NCBI GenBank assembly: GCA_037447605.1
Contig: CM074813.1
Coordinates: forward strand, 1,922,001-1,986,000
DNA from: Zygnema circumcarinatum SAG 698-1b
Taxonomy: Eukaryota; Plantae; Zygnematophyceae
Direction: 5' to 3'
DNA: 64,000 bases
Of this stretch, positions 45,413-64,000 are shown piece by piece (within the stretch, counting starts at the first letter, position 1; every line of letters starts with the position of its first letter). Both the position numbers and the translations under genes were made by a program. Under the pieces are notes generated by a model, which did not search any database, was not told the origin of the DNA, and saw only the letters and a list, made by a program, of their open reading frames with translations.

Positions 45413-46222
45413 GTGCTCGTCTATGGATAAAACGTCACGTGATGGCTTCTCTGCCTCTTTACCGTTTAAAAAGGCTTTTCAAAGTGAGGGTTTTAACGGT
45501 TTTTGTGTAGTTTAGAAAAGATTTGTAGCTTTGCACGTTGATAGTTTGAGGAAGGTTCATTCCCTATTCTTGTATGAACTGAAAGTCACAGGCACAGTTG
45601 AGAGTATGTATAAAGCAGCTGTGCCGTTATTTGTATCCGCAACAGAACAGCGTTAAACCGGAAACTACGTGAACGAAAGAGATCATGAAGAGATGTCAGT
45701 TGTTCCTGTAGAGAAAGAAACACTGTCAATTTGTGCGTCACAAGAGTTCTATACACCTCAAGCTATTTGCTATACATGCTTTCACATGCCCATGTCCCGC
45801 TATTTGTCCGCAAATCTGCAGTTTGAAACTTCCAAAACCGCCTCCTGCCGAGAAGGAATGTCAGCCCTGGGACAGTATAAGCCTACGGTCCTACCCCTGT
45901 CCTTCCTTCTCCTGCCCGTAATTCCGGACAGCCATGTGGCACACTTCTTCTCCACTCGCAAGTCGCCAGCTCTGTTCTCATGTTCCCAATCCTCTTGTAA
46001 TTTTGCTTTCCTTTTTACTGCTCTACTACCACCCCTCCTTTTCCTCGTCGTTCGAATTATTTTCAATTTACATTCTTTAATGAACTCCTTCCTCCTTCCC
46101 GCCTTCCAGCTCCCCTCCACCCTCTCTCTCCCCCCCTCTCCCCCCATCCCCCTCTTTCCTAACTCCTACTTCCTACTACTACTATTCCCTTTTCACTTTG
46201 AGCCTTGGAGGCCAATATCCTA

Positions 46223-49200
46223 TCACCTCCGGTGGCCCCCCGTGGAGTGAAGGAGCCGAGCGTAATCTGCAAGGAGAGGAGAGCCTCTCACCGCCTCCCA
46301 CACGCGAGCTGTGCTCTGCAGCCACTCCCTCTCACTAATGCTCCGAGCAAACGGCTGGCGAGAGACTCCCAAAATCTGCACAAACGAAAGGCACATGGAA
46401 AAGGCTCACTTGAGATTGAGATTTGATGATGATTGAGATTATTTGAGATGATTTCCAGAGTATGTTAACCCTAAAAGAAATTAAAGGTTCAAAGGAACGA
46501 AAGGAAGGTGGGGGAGGAGGGATCTCCTATTGATCGTTGTCACTTGAAGAGGAAACTTTGCAACGCAGACAACCACCGACTGAAGTAAGAGGGGTTCTGA
46601 CTTCAAGAATCACACTGTCGGGATTCAAAATCAGTACACGCCTTCCCCCCAGAAAGGTAGTGGCGGCGAAATCCGAAGTACTTCCTCCAAAACAAACTCC
46701 AAACTCCCACATTTTTTCAAGTCCGAAAGCCCCTACTATAACAATTTCACATGAAAAGTATTCCTACTCAGGAAGAGGAGGGCAACTTAAATGCTGGACC
46801 AAAAAACGGCAATAGAAAAAAATACATAAATATATGGATCATGGGACCCATCTTGCACTTTGACTTTTACCTGGTTCCTAAGGCCATGAAGCATAGTCAC
46901 CCAGCTCTCATGCTCCTGTGAAAGAGCTTCTTGAGAGTTCCGCATAGGCAGGACCCAATAGTTCACTCCCTCATCTCCCTCCCTCTCCTTCTCTATCTGC
47001 TTGTTAGAAACAACCATATGGGGAGGCTGGTATTGAATGGTTCCACTTCTCCGAAAAGGGCGGGATGGAAAGAAGGCGTGAAGAGAGGAAGCCATGGCTC
47101 GAATCCTGCTCCAGCTGCAGTCGTCTCCTCTCAATCGTGTGTGTATAAACACTACGTCTGAAAAGTACTCTACCACAGGCTCTCCCTCAGCCTCCTCCTG
47201 CTTCTCTCCCGCTACATGCTCTGCTAGAAGCTGAGGAGGCCCTGAAGTTCCACTAGAGGACATGCCTACTGCTGACGACCCTAAAGGCGAGGGAGCAGTT
47301 GCCGAGGGCTGAGGCAAGCGGGAGGGATCTGCAATGCCGTACTTCAGCATTTCTACCTGCAGGAATGGGTCGGTTTACAGAATAAGGGAATTGTGAGGCA
47401 AAAAGGTTGTATCTTGTAACAAGCTTGAGCTTTTCTGGGCTTCTGAGGCTGAACAAAGCACAATTCAATTCACAATTCGATTGCTCAAAGAGGCTGCTCT
47501 ATCGCTTCTCTTATTAGTTTGAAAAGGGTGCAACATTGTCTTACTCTTGCAAGGCATTTGAAAGGCAGGAAATGGCTCTTGAATTTTTTTTGCAGGTTTT
47601 AGAACTCTCACAGTGTGCATAAAGCGCCACATGCTGACGTCATGGAGGCCCTCTGTCAGGACAAGCACCACGTGGCAAACAGAGCAGAGGAATATTGCAA
47701 GCTGTTCCATGCAGCACAGTTACAGAGCACAGTCAGACGACCAAGCACCCAGTCTCTCAATATCTCTCTATTTCTTCCTCCCCCCCTCCCTCCCTTCCCT
47801 CTCTCCCTCCCGCTCCGCTCTATTGCCTATCAAAACATCTTAAGTTAGGACAGTTCCAATCTGAATTCCACTACTGACTTTTTTACTTAAGGCAGCTGCA
47901 ACCACTATGCCCAGAAGATTCCACCCCTCATCCTAAAAAAACAGAAATAAAAAACCTCAATGCAAGCTACTCCTCGCAGACTCGCCTTCCCAAGACTCCG
48001 CATTCGTTGAGCAAAGAACGTGAACAAAACACAAAACACAAAAAACCCTGACCTTCTAGTAAAAAAACGAACTCACAGTTGATCGGTTTGGCTACTTCCA
48101 GGCTACGCAGAACCTATTCTAATCTATGCTCGTATTATGTGTACCTGAAGGTCTCTCATTTGGTGGGCCACCTCTGCCGGAAGGTAGGCGCTTCCCTGCA
48201 CCGGACTGGCAGACGAGCCATCTGGTCTCAGTCCCTCCAAAAGCCCCGCAGCGTTCTGCACTGGCTGTTGCGCAACTCCCCCTTCAAAGCCTGGTCATCT
48301 ACCTTATATTGGCTGACATAAAGGTAGATAGCTTCAGCAGAGTTCCTCACTAGAGCAATGCACTCGTACTCATTACGGTTCATACGCAGCGTAGTTAATG
48401 AATGAATGATATGAATGCATGAATGAATGAAGGAAGTTAGGAAGGAATGACGGAATGCAAAATGTTGTAGAAAAGTACAGATTTGCAGAGATGTTTAATA
48501 AAGTGCAGAGTCAGGAGAAAGCAGCAGTACCTGTGTGTCTAGAAGAATGAAGCGTTCAGGAGAAATCCGCACTTCGATGCCACCTGTGCAGTACCTCCCG
48601 GCTGCTCTCATCTCCTCTGTCTGCACACCAAACATCGGCAGAGCGCCACCTGGCTCCTCACCATTGGTCACCACATGCACTCTGACTGATCACATTTGAT
48701 ATTTTGATATGCATACATCAATAGTTTTAACAACAGTAAAAAACTACTAGTAGTACAGCTTGCTAACAGTAAATTAATGTAATCTAATGCGTCATTTTCA
48801 CATGCTTAGTAAGTTATAACTCATGAAAGCTCAAGCACTTCCAACACCATCGAAGTACGCCTTACTCCAATGCAGAATCCAGTACACAACTTTGTAACTA
48901 TTCACGTCGTTTACTCACAATCTCTGCTATTCATTAAGAAATAACAAACTAGTAATGAGACTTACTTGTGGAAGGATCGAAGCCGTACAATTCATTCATA
49001 ATGGTTGATTTACCCACTCCAGGGGGACCGACAACTCCGACGACTGTAAAGTCGGTGTTCTCTGTCATCAGCTTTGGGGGAAGACAGCCACAAGCCAACG
49101 CAAGCATTAAGAGTTGCATGTAACCAGTGATGCTCAAACATATGGATTGAACTTTAATGACTTTAATAAGAAAAATAGTGCTATCCTTCCAAGAAAGACA

Positions 49201-49807
49201 CATCGAGAACTTGGATCCAAAGTGACCTGCATTAGCTCCACGAATGATACAAGCTGAATAAATTTCGGGTTTCAGAGTTGGCAACGTTTGCTTGCTCCTT
49301 CCTCCCGCCCATCATCCTACCTAGTCTTTGATTGTTACATTAATTTGATGTACCTTTAACTTTCGTGATTTCTATAATGAACACTGCCTTCCAAACAAAC
49401 CCTTACCGTTTGCATGTTAGCATCAACAGCATTGAAATATATTCGCAGAGTCAGCACCAATCTACTTACCGTTCATGTCCTAGAATTAGGACTGCCAATC
49501 TCCAACCATGGGTCCAACACCACCCTCCTTAACGTTCAATTTTTAAGGTTACCAGCCTCGATAGCACATCTGTAAGCAGGGAGTCAGCAGCCACCTGCTG
49601 CAGCCTCTCCCCGCAGTGCTCCCACGCCTCGTTCACGAGCTTCAGGCTGCCCACCGCCACCTTCGCGCGCCCCCCCGCGCCCTCCTCGCGCAGCATCTTC
49701 CCACCGCCCGCCTGCGCCCCCGCGCCGCCCTCTCCTGCGGCGCCGCCTGGCGGGGGCTTGGCGAGCAGGATTTTGGGAACCTGCCCCGCGGAAAGGGACC
49801 CCGCCAT
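46223..49807 (-). CDS. SMG9: Nonsense-mediated decay factor SMG9, 7 exons
   Basis: DFTVVGVVGPPGVGKSTIMNELYGFD (P-loop), CTGGIEVRISPERFILLDTQ|PV, LAIFLCSVCHVVLV, PFARSISEREWLQSTARVWEAVR. Exons 49595-49807, 48966-49071, 48531-48649, 48145-48264, 47612-47701, 46871-47356, 46223-46375. Confidence 0.9.
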
Positions 49808-50703
49808 GTCCTTCCTCGCCTGCATGCCTGCCCTCTTCGGGTTCTAACCCCCCCCAAAAACCCCTTCTTCCGCTTGCATAAACAACCCCTGACAACCCTA
49901 ATTTCGGTGGGCCTCCCTCCCACCCTCCCTACCTCCGGCTAAGGCGCTCTCGCCTACCTTTTAGGGCCGTTGCGAACTAAACGAGGCTAACGCCACATCT
50001 GTCTACGAACCACGACGTGCCACGCGTACGATTTGTACACGTGGCGAGTCGTGAATGGAGGTATTCGAATCATCTCTCTCTATGAAGGGTAGTGAATGAC
50101 TTTTTCTTGCTCTCGCCTCTCCAGTGGCAGTGCGTGCCCTCCAGCTTTGCAGTCAAATTCTGCAGGCGCGAGTTTCGACGAATGAGGAGTCGGGATTTTA
50201 GGATTTTCAAGATTTTTAGGTCTTTTATGGTGGGCATTAAATATATGGCAGGAGGCTTGAGGGGAGGTGCTGGTGAGGCGGCACTTCCCTAGAGAAAGGC
50301 CCTCTGTGTGTCTCCGCTTCTCTCCCTCTCTCTCCGACTTGTCTCCTTCTCTCCTTTCTTTTCCCATTTTTCTCCTCTCCACGCCGTCTCTCTCGCTTCC
50401 TCTCTCCCTTCCCTTCGCGCTCTCTCCCAGCTGTCAGCTGTCTCATTCTCTCCCTCCCCGTCTCCCTCGACCTATTCCCCTCTCTGCCTCTCGCTACTCC
50501 CTTCCCCTCCCTTCCCCTCCCTTCCCCTCCCTTCCCCTTCCTTCCCCTCCCCTTCCCCTCCCCTTCCCCTCCCTTCCCCTTCCCCTTCACTCTCTCTCAG
50601 TCTCCTTCAACCCCTCTTTTCTCTCCCTCCTTCCCTCCCTCCACCCTCCCCCCCCCCTCTCTCTCTCGCTCTCTCTCTTTTCTCTCTCTTTATCTCTCCC
50701 CCT

Positions 50704-53700
50704 ATGGACACTCCTCCAAGCGCCCCCGCTCAGGAATTAGGGTTCCGGGCCCCACCGGAGGGCTCATGGCGAGAGACGTGGTCGCGGCGGCAGGGGGAGC
50801 TGCAAACCCTTCAGCTTCAACTCGCAGTAATTCCGCCATTCTTTTTCCTTAACCTACACGGCCATCTCAGGGGCTCAGATGTCGGGGTCTGAGAAATGTC
50901 GCCAGAAAATAGCGCGAAAATAGCGGTTTGGCACTCTAAATCGTTCGGCTAAAGTTTACTGGAACTGAAACTGCAGTGCAATTCAGTTCAGCTTAATTCG
51001 GTTTAGTTTGTTTGGACATTCAGACTTGTTTAACTTTTCGAGATAGCTTTGAGCGGTTCTATACATTCCTGGCAGTTCAAAGAATGCTGACACCCGCTTT
51101 GTGCTATCGTTTTTGCACACATTTGTCACCATACTCAGCTGCGGAGTTTCTAAACATGCAGCAAATTGAATTGAAGAATAAAGTCAACACAAGCAATTTG
51201 AAAAAACAAAAGGAGAGGAAAATAAAATAAATTATCTGCTGCATTGTTGCAGCGGCCCCCTGCCCTCCATGTGCTTCGCGTGAACCAAATGGACGCGGCG
51301 CGACTCGACATCGAAATCACAGCGATGCTCCGCGAGCAGTTTCTGAAAATGTTTTCGCTCGTTCGGGTATGTTTGTAACCCTAACCCTATAAAATGTTTG
51401 GCAATTGAGTACGGTTGGCGCTATTCAAATTTTCCACTACATGAAAACTCACTGTTAGACCAGTTTGTCATTTTTTTGTTGTCGTAGCAATGATGTTCGA
51501 AAGATAGGGATCATGTCACGTTAAGAAAGCAAAAAGGCTGTTTTACCCATGCCTGACAATGATGTAGCAAGGCACTACTGTCAAATTCATACACTTATTG
51601 GCTATATTGTTCGGCGTTAGAACCGGAGTTGAGATGTTTAGAAAGATCTTAGGTAGGGGTGAGGAAAGCGAAGGAGAACAACAAAAACTGCATAAATAAG
51701 TGATGAAGCTCCGATGCGACAAACTTGGTTTCCTTTCCCGTCACTCCCTAAATTACAAACATTGTCTATCTTTTCCCAGATGTTTGGTTTTGACAAGCCA
51801 AGGGTGGTTTTTGGGGTCTAATTTTTGGGCGCTTTTCCATGCGATAGCTTTAAAATGTCTGTCGCAGCATTCCTGTATCGTCTCACTAGCTATGGAAAAT
51901 GACTAATTAGCCTAATTAATGCTCAAGTATTGCAGCAAGACGTTCACCGTCCCTAGGGCTGCGGAGGGCTCTGAAGTGTCTTGCCAGTTTTTCACTTTGA
52001 GCATGAAAGATATTGTCTCACAACAGAACGCGACAAGAGCCACTTTGCAAACACTTCTGATCTCTCCTTTAGTTTCCTTTTCACCGTTTCCCTCTCCTTT
52101 TTTTTTCTTGCTGCACCTAATGAGAACCCTTATTTGAAAACCTAAATCGTGAGGGGAGGGGTCCTGCCAGCCAGGCCTGTTATCGCGATATGAAGCGGAA
52201 CTGAACGCAGCGTTGGAGTTCCTTGTGTGGCGGTTCTCAATATGGAATGACAAGCCGACACCTGGCAACGCACTAATGAACTTACGGTACCGGAACGAGC
52301 GGCGCATGGAAACCCTAATAGAAGCAGGGCAAGGTGAGGTGAGCACCCTCTTTGTTTGGACCTTCTCTTTGCAAATTTCTTCACTTTATCTCCTTGTTTT
52401 GCTTTGCTGATTTTCCGTATCGAACCGCTTTCAGGTGTTTTAGGGTGCGTCTCAATCGACTTTGTCTTAACTTTCTAATTCTAATTGTTAGCGTGCATAT
52501 TGCTGACAATTTTAGAGTTTTAAGGCTTTTGAGCTTCATACCGATATATGGATCAAGAACTTCAACTATCACTGTGAAAAATCAAGAGGAGATTGTGGCC
52601 CACTTTAGTTGTAAAAAAGAGTCTTCTTTCCCTTTTCTGCACTTGGTTACTTAATTGCGGCTTTTGGGATTTTTGGTGAATCGCAGTGCGAACGGGTCTG
52701 GAAGGACCCGGTTTGACTGCCGCCCAGAAGCTGCTGTACGGACTGCTGACAGTGGGAGGGCGGTACGGATGGACTCGCTTTAATTCTTTTTCCGCTTTCC
52801 AAAGATGGGGGGAGAGAGATTCGGTTGGTTCCCATCTTCCCATCAGTTTTCGTTTAGTTTTAGTTTTCGCTTTAGTTTTAGTTCTCATCTTGATCACAGT
52901 TTTAGTCATAACTCTTAAGGCTACCATACTGAGAGATTCATAATCTCATTGACTTTAATTCGAATTATTTCGTTAAAGTCATTTTTGTCATACTTGAGTG
53001 TCGAGCTTTGAGACCTTCAGCATCAGATTTAATCCGGATAGTTTTGCTCACCTTCCGCTCCTTTTTCTTCTATTTTATACCTATTTTCTTTTTTAGAGCT
53101 CGTGGAGCTGGCGAGCTTGGCGCCTTCTTCAGCGCGGGGAGAGCCTCTTTAATATTGCAGCTCTTATCAATCTTTTTGTTTTCTTGCGCACCGGCAAGTA
53201 AGAATTTCTGTTTCCCCTCTCTTCCCCCCTTCCCGTCTCTCTTCGGACCCCCTTTCTCCCCCACACTCTCTCCCCCCTCCCTCTCTCTCTCCGCTCCCTT
53301 CCCACTCCCTCTCCCCTCCCTCACTCCCCTCGTTCCCCTCTCTCTCTCTCTCGTCCCCACCCTCCCTTGTCCCCCTCTCGCTCGCTCGCTCTCCGCCCCT
53401 CCCCCTCTCTCTCGCGCTCCCCTCGCTCTCTCTCTCTCCCTTCCCCCCTCTCGTTTTCCCGGCTTTTTCCATTTTGTATTGCATCATTCCAGAGCCATTT
53501 TAGACATGAATAGGAAGCGGCCGGGAGGGGCGTTTTCCTCCGTCGTGAAGTTCATCGTTGTTAGCTTTGAAACTGTGAAACTTAGTCTTGGAGCTTTCTT
53601 TAGGCCCTTAGGGTTTCCACTTCCAGTTTTTGCAATTTCAAGCGATCATTTCCATCAACAACGTATTCATAAGTTTATCGAGTTTGCAGTTTCTGCAAAT

Positions 53701-54543
53701 TAAGAATTAGTTTGAGAAATTTAGGGTTTCTGTGTTGCAGGTACCGCAGCATCGTAGAGCGGCTTCTAGGAGCTCGTTTGGTGTATGAAAATGCCACTAT
53801 GAACCGAGCCGTCAGTTTTGAATATATGAACCGACAACTTGTCTGGAATGAGCTTTCTGTGAGGCCAGCGAATCCCCTTTTTTCCCTTTAAATATACTAA
53901 TAAATAGTAAGGGTTGGGGGAGAGGGCGAAGAAAGGAAACCGATAGTTCGTTCATTGATGTTTTGAAAGTCGGATGATTGAAATCAACTGCGAAGTTTTG
54001 CATGGCTTGGATCCACCTTCACTCTCTGCTCCATGTGGTCCACTTTAACGCCACTTCCCGGATCGACCCAAGCAGATCAGAGTTTTCACAGCGCTGCTTC
54101 TTAAGCTTGATCTGTTTCAATTCTGAAACGTCTGTTCCACATTAGTTTACGAGTTCAAGTGTCTCGGGTTCAGAGACTTCAAACGTTTTAGGGTTGAAAC
54201 CCTTCCCTTCACACATCCTCCGTTGAACCATGTGCAGGAACTGCTCCTTTTGGTCCTCCCTCTGTTAAACATCGGCTCCATCAAGCAGGTCCTCGCCTAC
54301 CCCTTCACTGGCGACCGCTCTCCTTCTGCCGCTTCATTCCCTGACGAAGCGTGTCCCATATGCGAAGCAAATCCGGCCAATGTGCCCTACGCCGCGGTCC
54401 CCTGCGGGCACCTGTTCTGCTACTACTGCCTCCGCACGCGCACCCTCGCCGACCCGCGCTTCCGCTGCCCGCACTGCGCCGCGGAGGTCGCCAGCATGCG
54501 CCGCTTCTTCAAGCGGCCGAACCCTAAAAAGGCGGACTCCTAG
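50704..54543 (+). CDS. PEX2: Peroxin 2 (RING E3, TED3-like), 7 exons
   Basis: RVNQMDAARLDIEITAML, PTPGNALMNLRYRNER, GLEGPGLT, RAVSFEYMNRQLVWNELS, RING CPIC...CGHLFCYYC...RCPHC. Exons 50704-50826, 51253-51366, 52171-52333, 52687-52823, 53097-53197, 53741-53858, 54238-54543. Confidence 0.95.
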
Positions 54544-54634
54544 CAAGCGGGGGCGGCTGGGACTCTAGGGAGGGAGGTCGATTTAGGCACATTGGGAGGT
54601 CGATGGGGGGGGGGGGGGGGGGGGNNNNNNNNNN

Positions 54635-54670
<36 letters not shown>

Positions 54671-55160
54671 GTTGTGCCATGTGAGGGGTCTCATGGCATG
54701 GATGGTCCCAAATTGTAAATATTTTTCGGGTATTGTGCAATAGAAAAGAGCCATGTTTGATGAACACACATGGAACCGTTTTTTGGGTTTGGGGGATGGC
54801 GGAGGGAAGTGGTACGATCGTGCGATTGGCCGTACCGTACGGCCATGAACAGACAAGGACTCGCTGTCCGTACTGTATGGTTCTTTGTCGTATTGTGCCA
54901 CGTAACTCGCAACGACAAAAATGTCCGTACGACGCTGACGGGGCCACGGGGCCTTCAACGCGCCACGTGGCAAAATGGGCCTATCTCCGTTTGGACGTTA
55001 TCTAACGAGGGCCAATGGCTGGGTAACACGTCAGGAGTTTGTGTGAGCCGAATTTCATGAAGTTGTTTAACGGGTTCGACGAACTGGAGGGCCAACCGCC
55101 GCATGTGAACGTTGAAGGGGACGGGCCGAGGGCGGGGGAGGGGAGGGGAGACAGGCAGCC

Positions 55161-60785
<5,625 letters not shown>

Positions 60786-61039
60786 GCGGTCGCTGGGCGA
60801 TCATACGAAGGACAATCACAAGTCATTATGTGTGGTTCCTGTTGAATGAGTCAATGAGACACTGCGCATTCATGTGGGGTGTTGTACCGGGCTTGTTCTA
60901 TGCTTAAAAACCATTCCAATGTCCATTGGCTTTGGGCATGCAATTGTATGGCCATGAGCTCTATTAAGCATACGGTAGTCATGCACTGCGGCTGAAGGAC
61001 CCGCGGATGACAAGGCCCTTACCGGAAAACGAACATGCC

Positions 61040-61470
61040 TGTGCATGCGATTCGTGCCCACGTGGCCCATCCAACGGTCACTACCCAAAATCGCGCACGC
61101 GGCTATCCAACGGTCAAAGCATTGCACTTGTCCACGTGGGCCCATCCAACGGTTGGCAGCGATTGGATCCTTGGTTGGCAACCATTGTCCTTGGTTGTAA
61201 CCATTGATGGGAGGATCAGCCAACCATTGGCAGCGGACTATAGCCAACTGTTGGTCAGCCAAGCGTTAACATAGTCAATAGTTTGCACATTGGGGATTTG
61301 CCGCATTCGAGATTTTTTGAGATTTCGGTGTCCGTTGGATTGCCGCATGCTAGATGCTGCCACGTGTCACATGAAGAACATTGACCGTTGGATAGGCACG
61401 ATATTCAGCCAATGAGCCGTTGGATGTGCCACGTGTGATTTCGCAAATCTAGACCGTTGAACTGCCGCGT
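61040..61470. promoter_or_regulatory. Inverted array of G-box + ATCCAACGG (MSA-like) motifs upstream of AMPD; possibly MITE-derived
   Basis: ATCCAACGG forward at 61069, 61105, 61144 and reverse at 61332, 61385, 61417; CACGTG at ~61059, 61133, 61361, 61430. Confidence 0.55.
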
Positions 61471-61638
61471 GCGAGATTGGAGGCGGTGGGCCGTTTGATG
61501 TGCCAGCGGGGACTGTCCGTATGGCTGCATGGCATGAAGGGGATGGGCTCTGCGGCACACGGGCCAGCCATGGCTGCCGGCTGACGGACGAACGGACGGA
61601 GGGAGGGGAGGCGCGAATAAGGGCGGAAAGAGGGAGCC

Positions 61639-63930
61639 ATGGACTCCGCCAGAGCTCCCGCACTGCCGGAGGACGGAGAGGCGTCCAAAGAGAGGCGGAG
61701 AAGCAGCCATGGCTGGGGCCCCGTCATCCTCGCAGCGGTAGCCAGTAGCGCGCTGACAGCTGTCACTGCGGCGTGGCTCCAGGGGCGCGCTCGGCCGGGC
61801 TCCCATAAACGCCGCTCGGGCGAGGTAGCTGCATGAATCGAAATTATGACCGTTGCATATGTAGAGAAGTAAAAATTATTTTATAGTCTGGAAAGGAGTA
61901 AAAATGCTTTATTGAAGTTTTATTCATGTAAGGTGGACGATGGTTTTGCAGAAGAGAGTTTCGAGAAAGGAGCATGTGAATGGCAAAGCTGACATCGTTA
62001 CCCAGCTTGGAGATGGCGTAAAGCGATCCCACTCTTTAGGTAGGCACCTTATAGCTTAATCTTCACTTCCTGGAAATAAGATGGCTGCCTTCGGAAACGT
62101 AAGCCTCTCTCTTCCCTCTGCGTCTTCCGCCACTTCGTTTTCAACTTCTCAACCAGTACTTTCCTGAGTGCCTGCCATTTGATTGGTCACCTCATGGGAT
62201 TGCCTTGGTTCCTCTGTGTGTGCACCATCTCTCAAGATCATTCTTTTTACTTTAGGAGAACCGTTTTTTCAAAGATATGGCCGCTGTTTTCTGTCCATCA
62301 TCCTCGTAGTGTCCTTTTTTTCCTTTCCCTGCCTTTACCTTCTTCCTCACCTAAGCACTCATGCGTTCTCCACCCTTTCCCCCATTTCCAGATTCTGCCT
62401 CTTCAGGCCTACCAGCTGCTTCAATTCGTCGCGCTCCAAGTGTGACCAATGGCATGGCAGCAGCCCCCGCTTCTTCAGGCCACCATCTTCCGGAAGTGGG
62501 AGATGATGATGAGGATGAAGAAGAGGAGCTTCCTGAGGATGATGAAGAGGTTGGCAAAGAAGAGGACGAAAATCAGCCAATAGTCTCCTCTGCCAAGTCA
62601 AATGAAAATGGCGATTTACAGGTAAGAACTTCATCTGAAGTCCGAAAATGTTACCCTCTCCCTTTCCTCTTTCCGAAAGTGTTCAAATCCTCTGGACTAA
62701 TAACCTCCTGTATGATTCTAGAGAAGATCCCCTTCATTCCTCCCTTCTTCCTCTTTCCTACTCCCTCACTCCTTTCCTTCCTCCTTCCTCCTCCTCCCTC
62801 TCGCCGTCCCTCCCGCCTCTGTGGAACCATCATTGAAGTTCTAAACTTCACTTCATAATGTATGGGAATGCCACGCAGGAGAGGCCCATGGAGGCAGCAG
62901 GGAACCACCATGGCCATGGCCACGATGATTCCGCCATGGCAAGGTCCCGCAGTGTGCAGGAGCTTCATGGCTTTCTTGCTCCCGATCCTGTTGCTGCCGA
63001 TATTCTCCGTAAAGAGCCGGAGCAGGAGACTTTTATTCGCCTTCGGGTGCATCCTGTAGGTGCGCTATCGCATAGCCCATCTAAACTGTACTGGAAAAGT
63101 GTACATGTTTTTACGTACGCAGCCAATGCAGTACAACTCGATTAAAGACTCGACACGCTTTAGGTTTTTTTTTTTGTTTTTTTGCCTCTGTACGTGAACT
63201 GGCTCAAGTGTGAAATGAAGCCCAACTGATGTGGTTCAAAGGTTGCTTCACGGGTCTGTGGCGGATGGACATGTGGTGTCCATTCACCGAACCCGGATTG
63301 CAGATGATAAAAATAACTGTAAGCTCTTCTTAGCCATGCCAAAAGACTTCGGCTATTGCCTCTTTAGGGATGGAAGTTAACGTACCTGGTTTCTGTTTAT
63401 AGAAGGATAATGCTGGTGAGTTTGATTCATGCAGATAAGCCATCGGCAGAGGAGGAAGAGGTATGCGTAATGATGCAGCAGCTTCTAGCCATGCGGGAGA
63501 GTTACGTATTCCGGGAGCAAGCTCCTGCATGGAGGACTGAAGCAATAGACCCGGGCACCCCTAAACCCAATCTTGTGCCGTTCAAGTACGACCCAATGCC
63601 GCCATCCGAGGTGCTCTCTCTCTCTTTTTCGCACTCGCCCTCTCCCTCTGTCTTCTTTCCTCATCGTGTACTTCGCTATAGAAAATGAGATTAAATGGGC
63701 CTCTATCTCGGGCTTTTCTGACTCTTTGTTCTTTCGACATTTTCTCTTCTCCCTCCCCCACCCTCCTCCCTTTCTATTATTTTCCCATAATGTGTTTTTT
63801 TCTAAGGAATTTGTGGATCCTCAAACTTCGAAAAACCGTAATGTGTTCTAAAAGCCCACTTTACCCTGCGTTTGGCAGCATGTGTTCGCCATGGTCGATG
63901 GCGTGGTGCGAGTCTACGCCAACCGAGATT
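61639..63930 (+). CDS. AMPD: AMP deaminase (FAC1-like), 5' part; gene continues beyond the window
   Basis: SRSVQELHGFLAPDPVAADILRKEPEQETFIRL, DPGTPKPN..PF, HVFAMVDGVVRVYAN match the plant AMPD N-terminal region. Exons 61639-61824 (hydrophobic anchor; junction to next exon unresolved), 62392-62621, 62879-63059, 63435-63610, 63879-63930. Confidence 0.85.
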
Positions 63931-64000
63931 GTAACTCCGACTCCTTACCACTGCCCTTTATGCCATACTGTGTTTAGTCCATGCCGAATAGAAAGCCGCG

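Overview
Eukaryotic, intron-rich, gene-dense nuclear DNA. The plant-type proteins, GT/GC-AG introns full of CT/GA microsatellite and short 10-N gaps suggest a streptophyte green alga (inference). Hand-built gene models, in order: DNA2 nuclease/helicase (-, ~35 exons, one GC-AG intron); an unusual J-like(HPE)+TPR+WD40 fusion gene (+); a plastid DnaJ-ferredoxin protein (DJC76-like, +); a SANT/Myb-like protein (+); an intronless C2H2 zinc finger-EAR repressor (-); CSN3 (-) head-to-head with an Elongin-B-like ubiquitin-fold gene (+); SMG9 (-) head-to-head with PEX2 (+); a GH27 alpha-galactosidase (+) with one garbled exon next to a ~1 kb (CT)n tract; and the 5' part of AMP deaminase (+, runs off the window). 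Intergenic DNA holds a ~1.35 kb foldback palindrome, two MITEs with perfect TIRs, and several dispersed motif-dense modules (CCAAT/ATTGG arrays, G-box clusters, CGTAC clusters, G-box+MSA inverted arrays) in promoter positions. The most interesting items are the J-like/TPR/WD40 protein, the non-QALGGH C2H2-EAR protein and the repeat-like promoter modules. Exon coordinates were read by eye and may be off by a few bases. No database searches were run.
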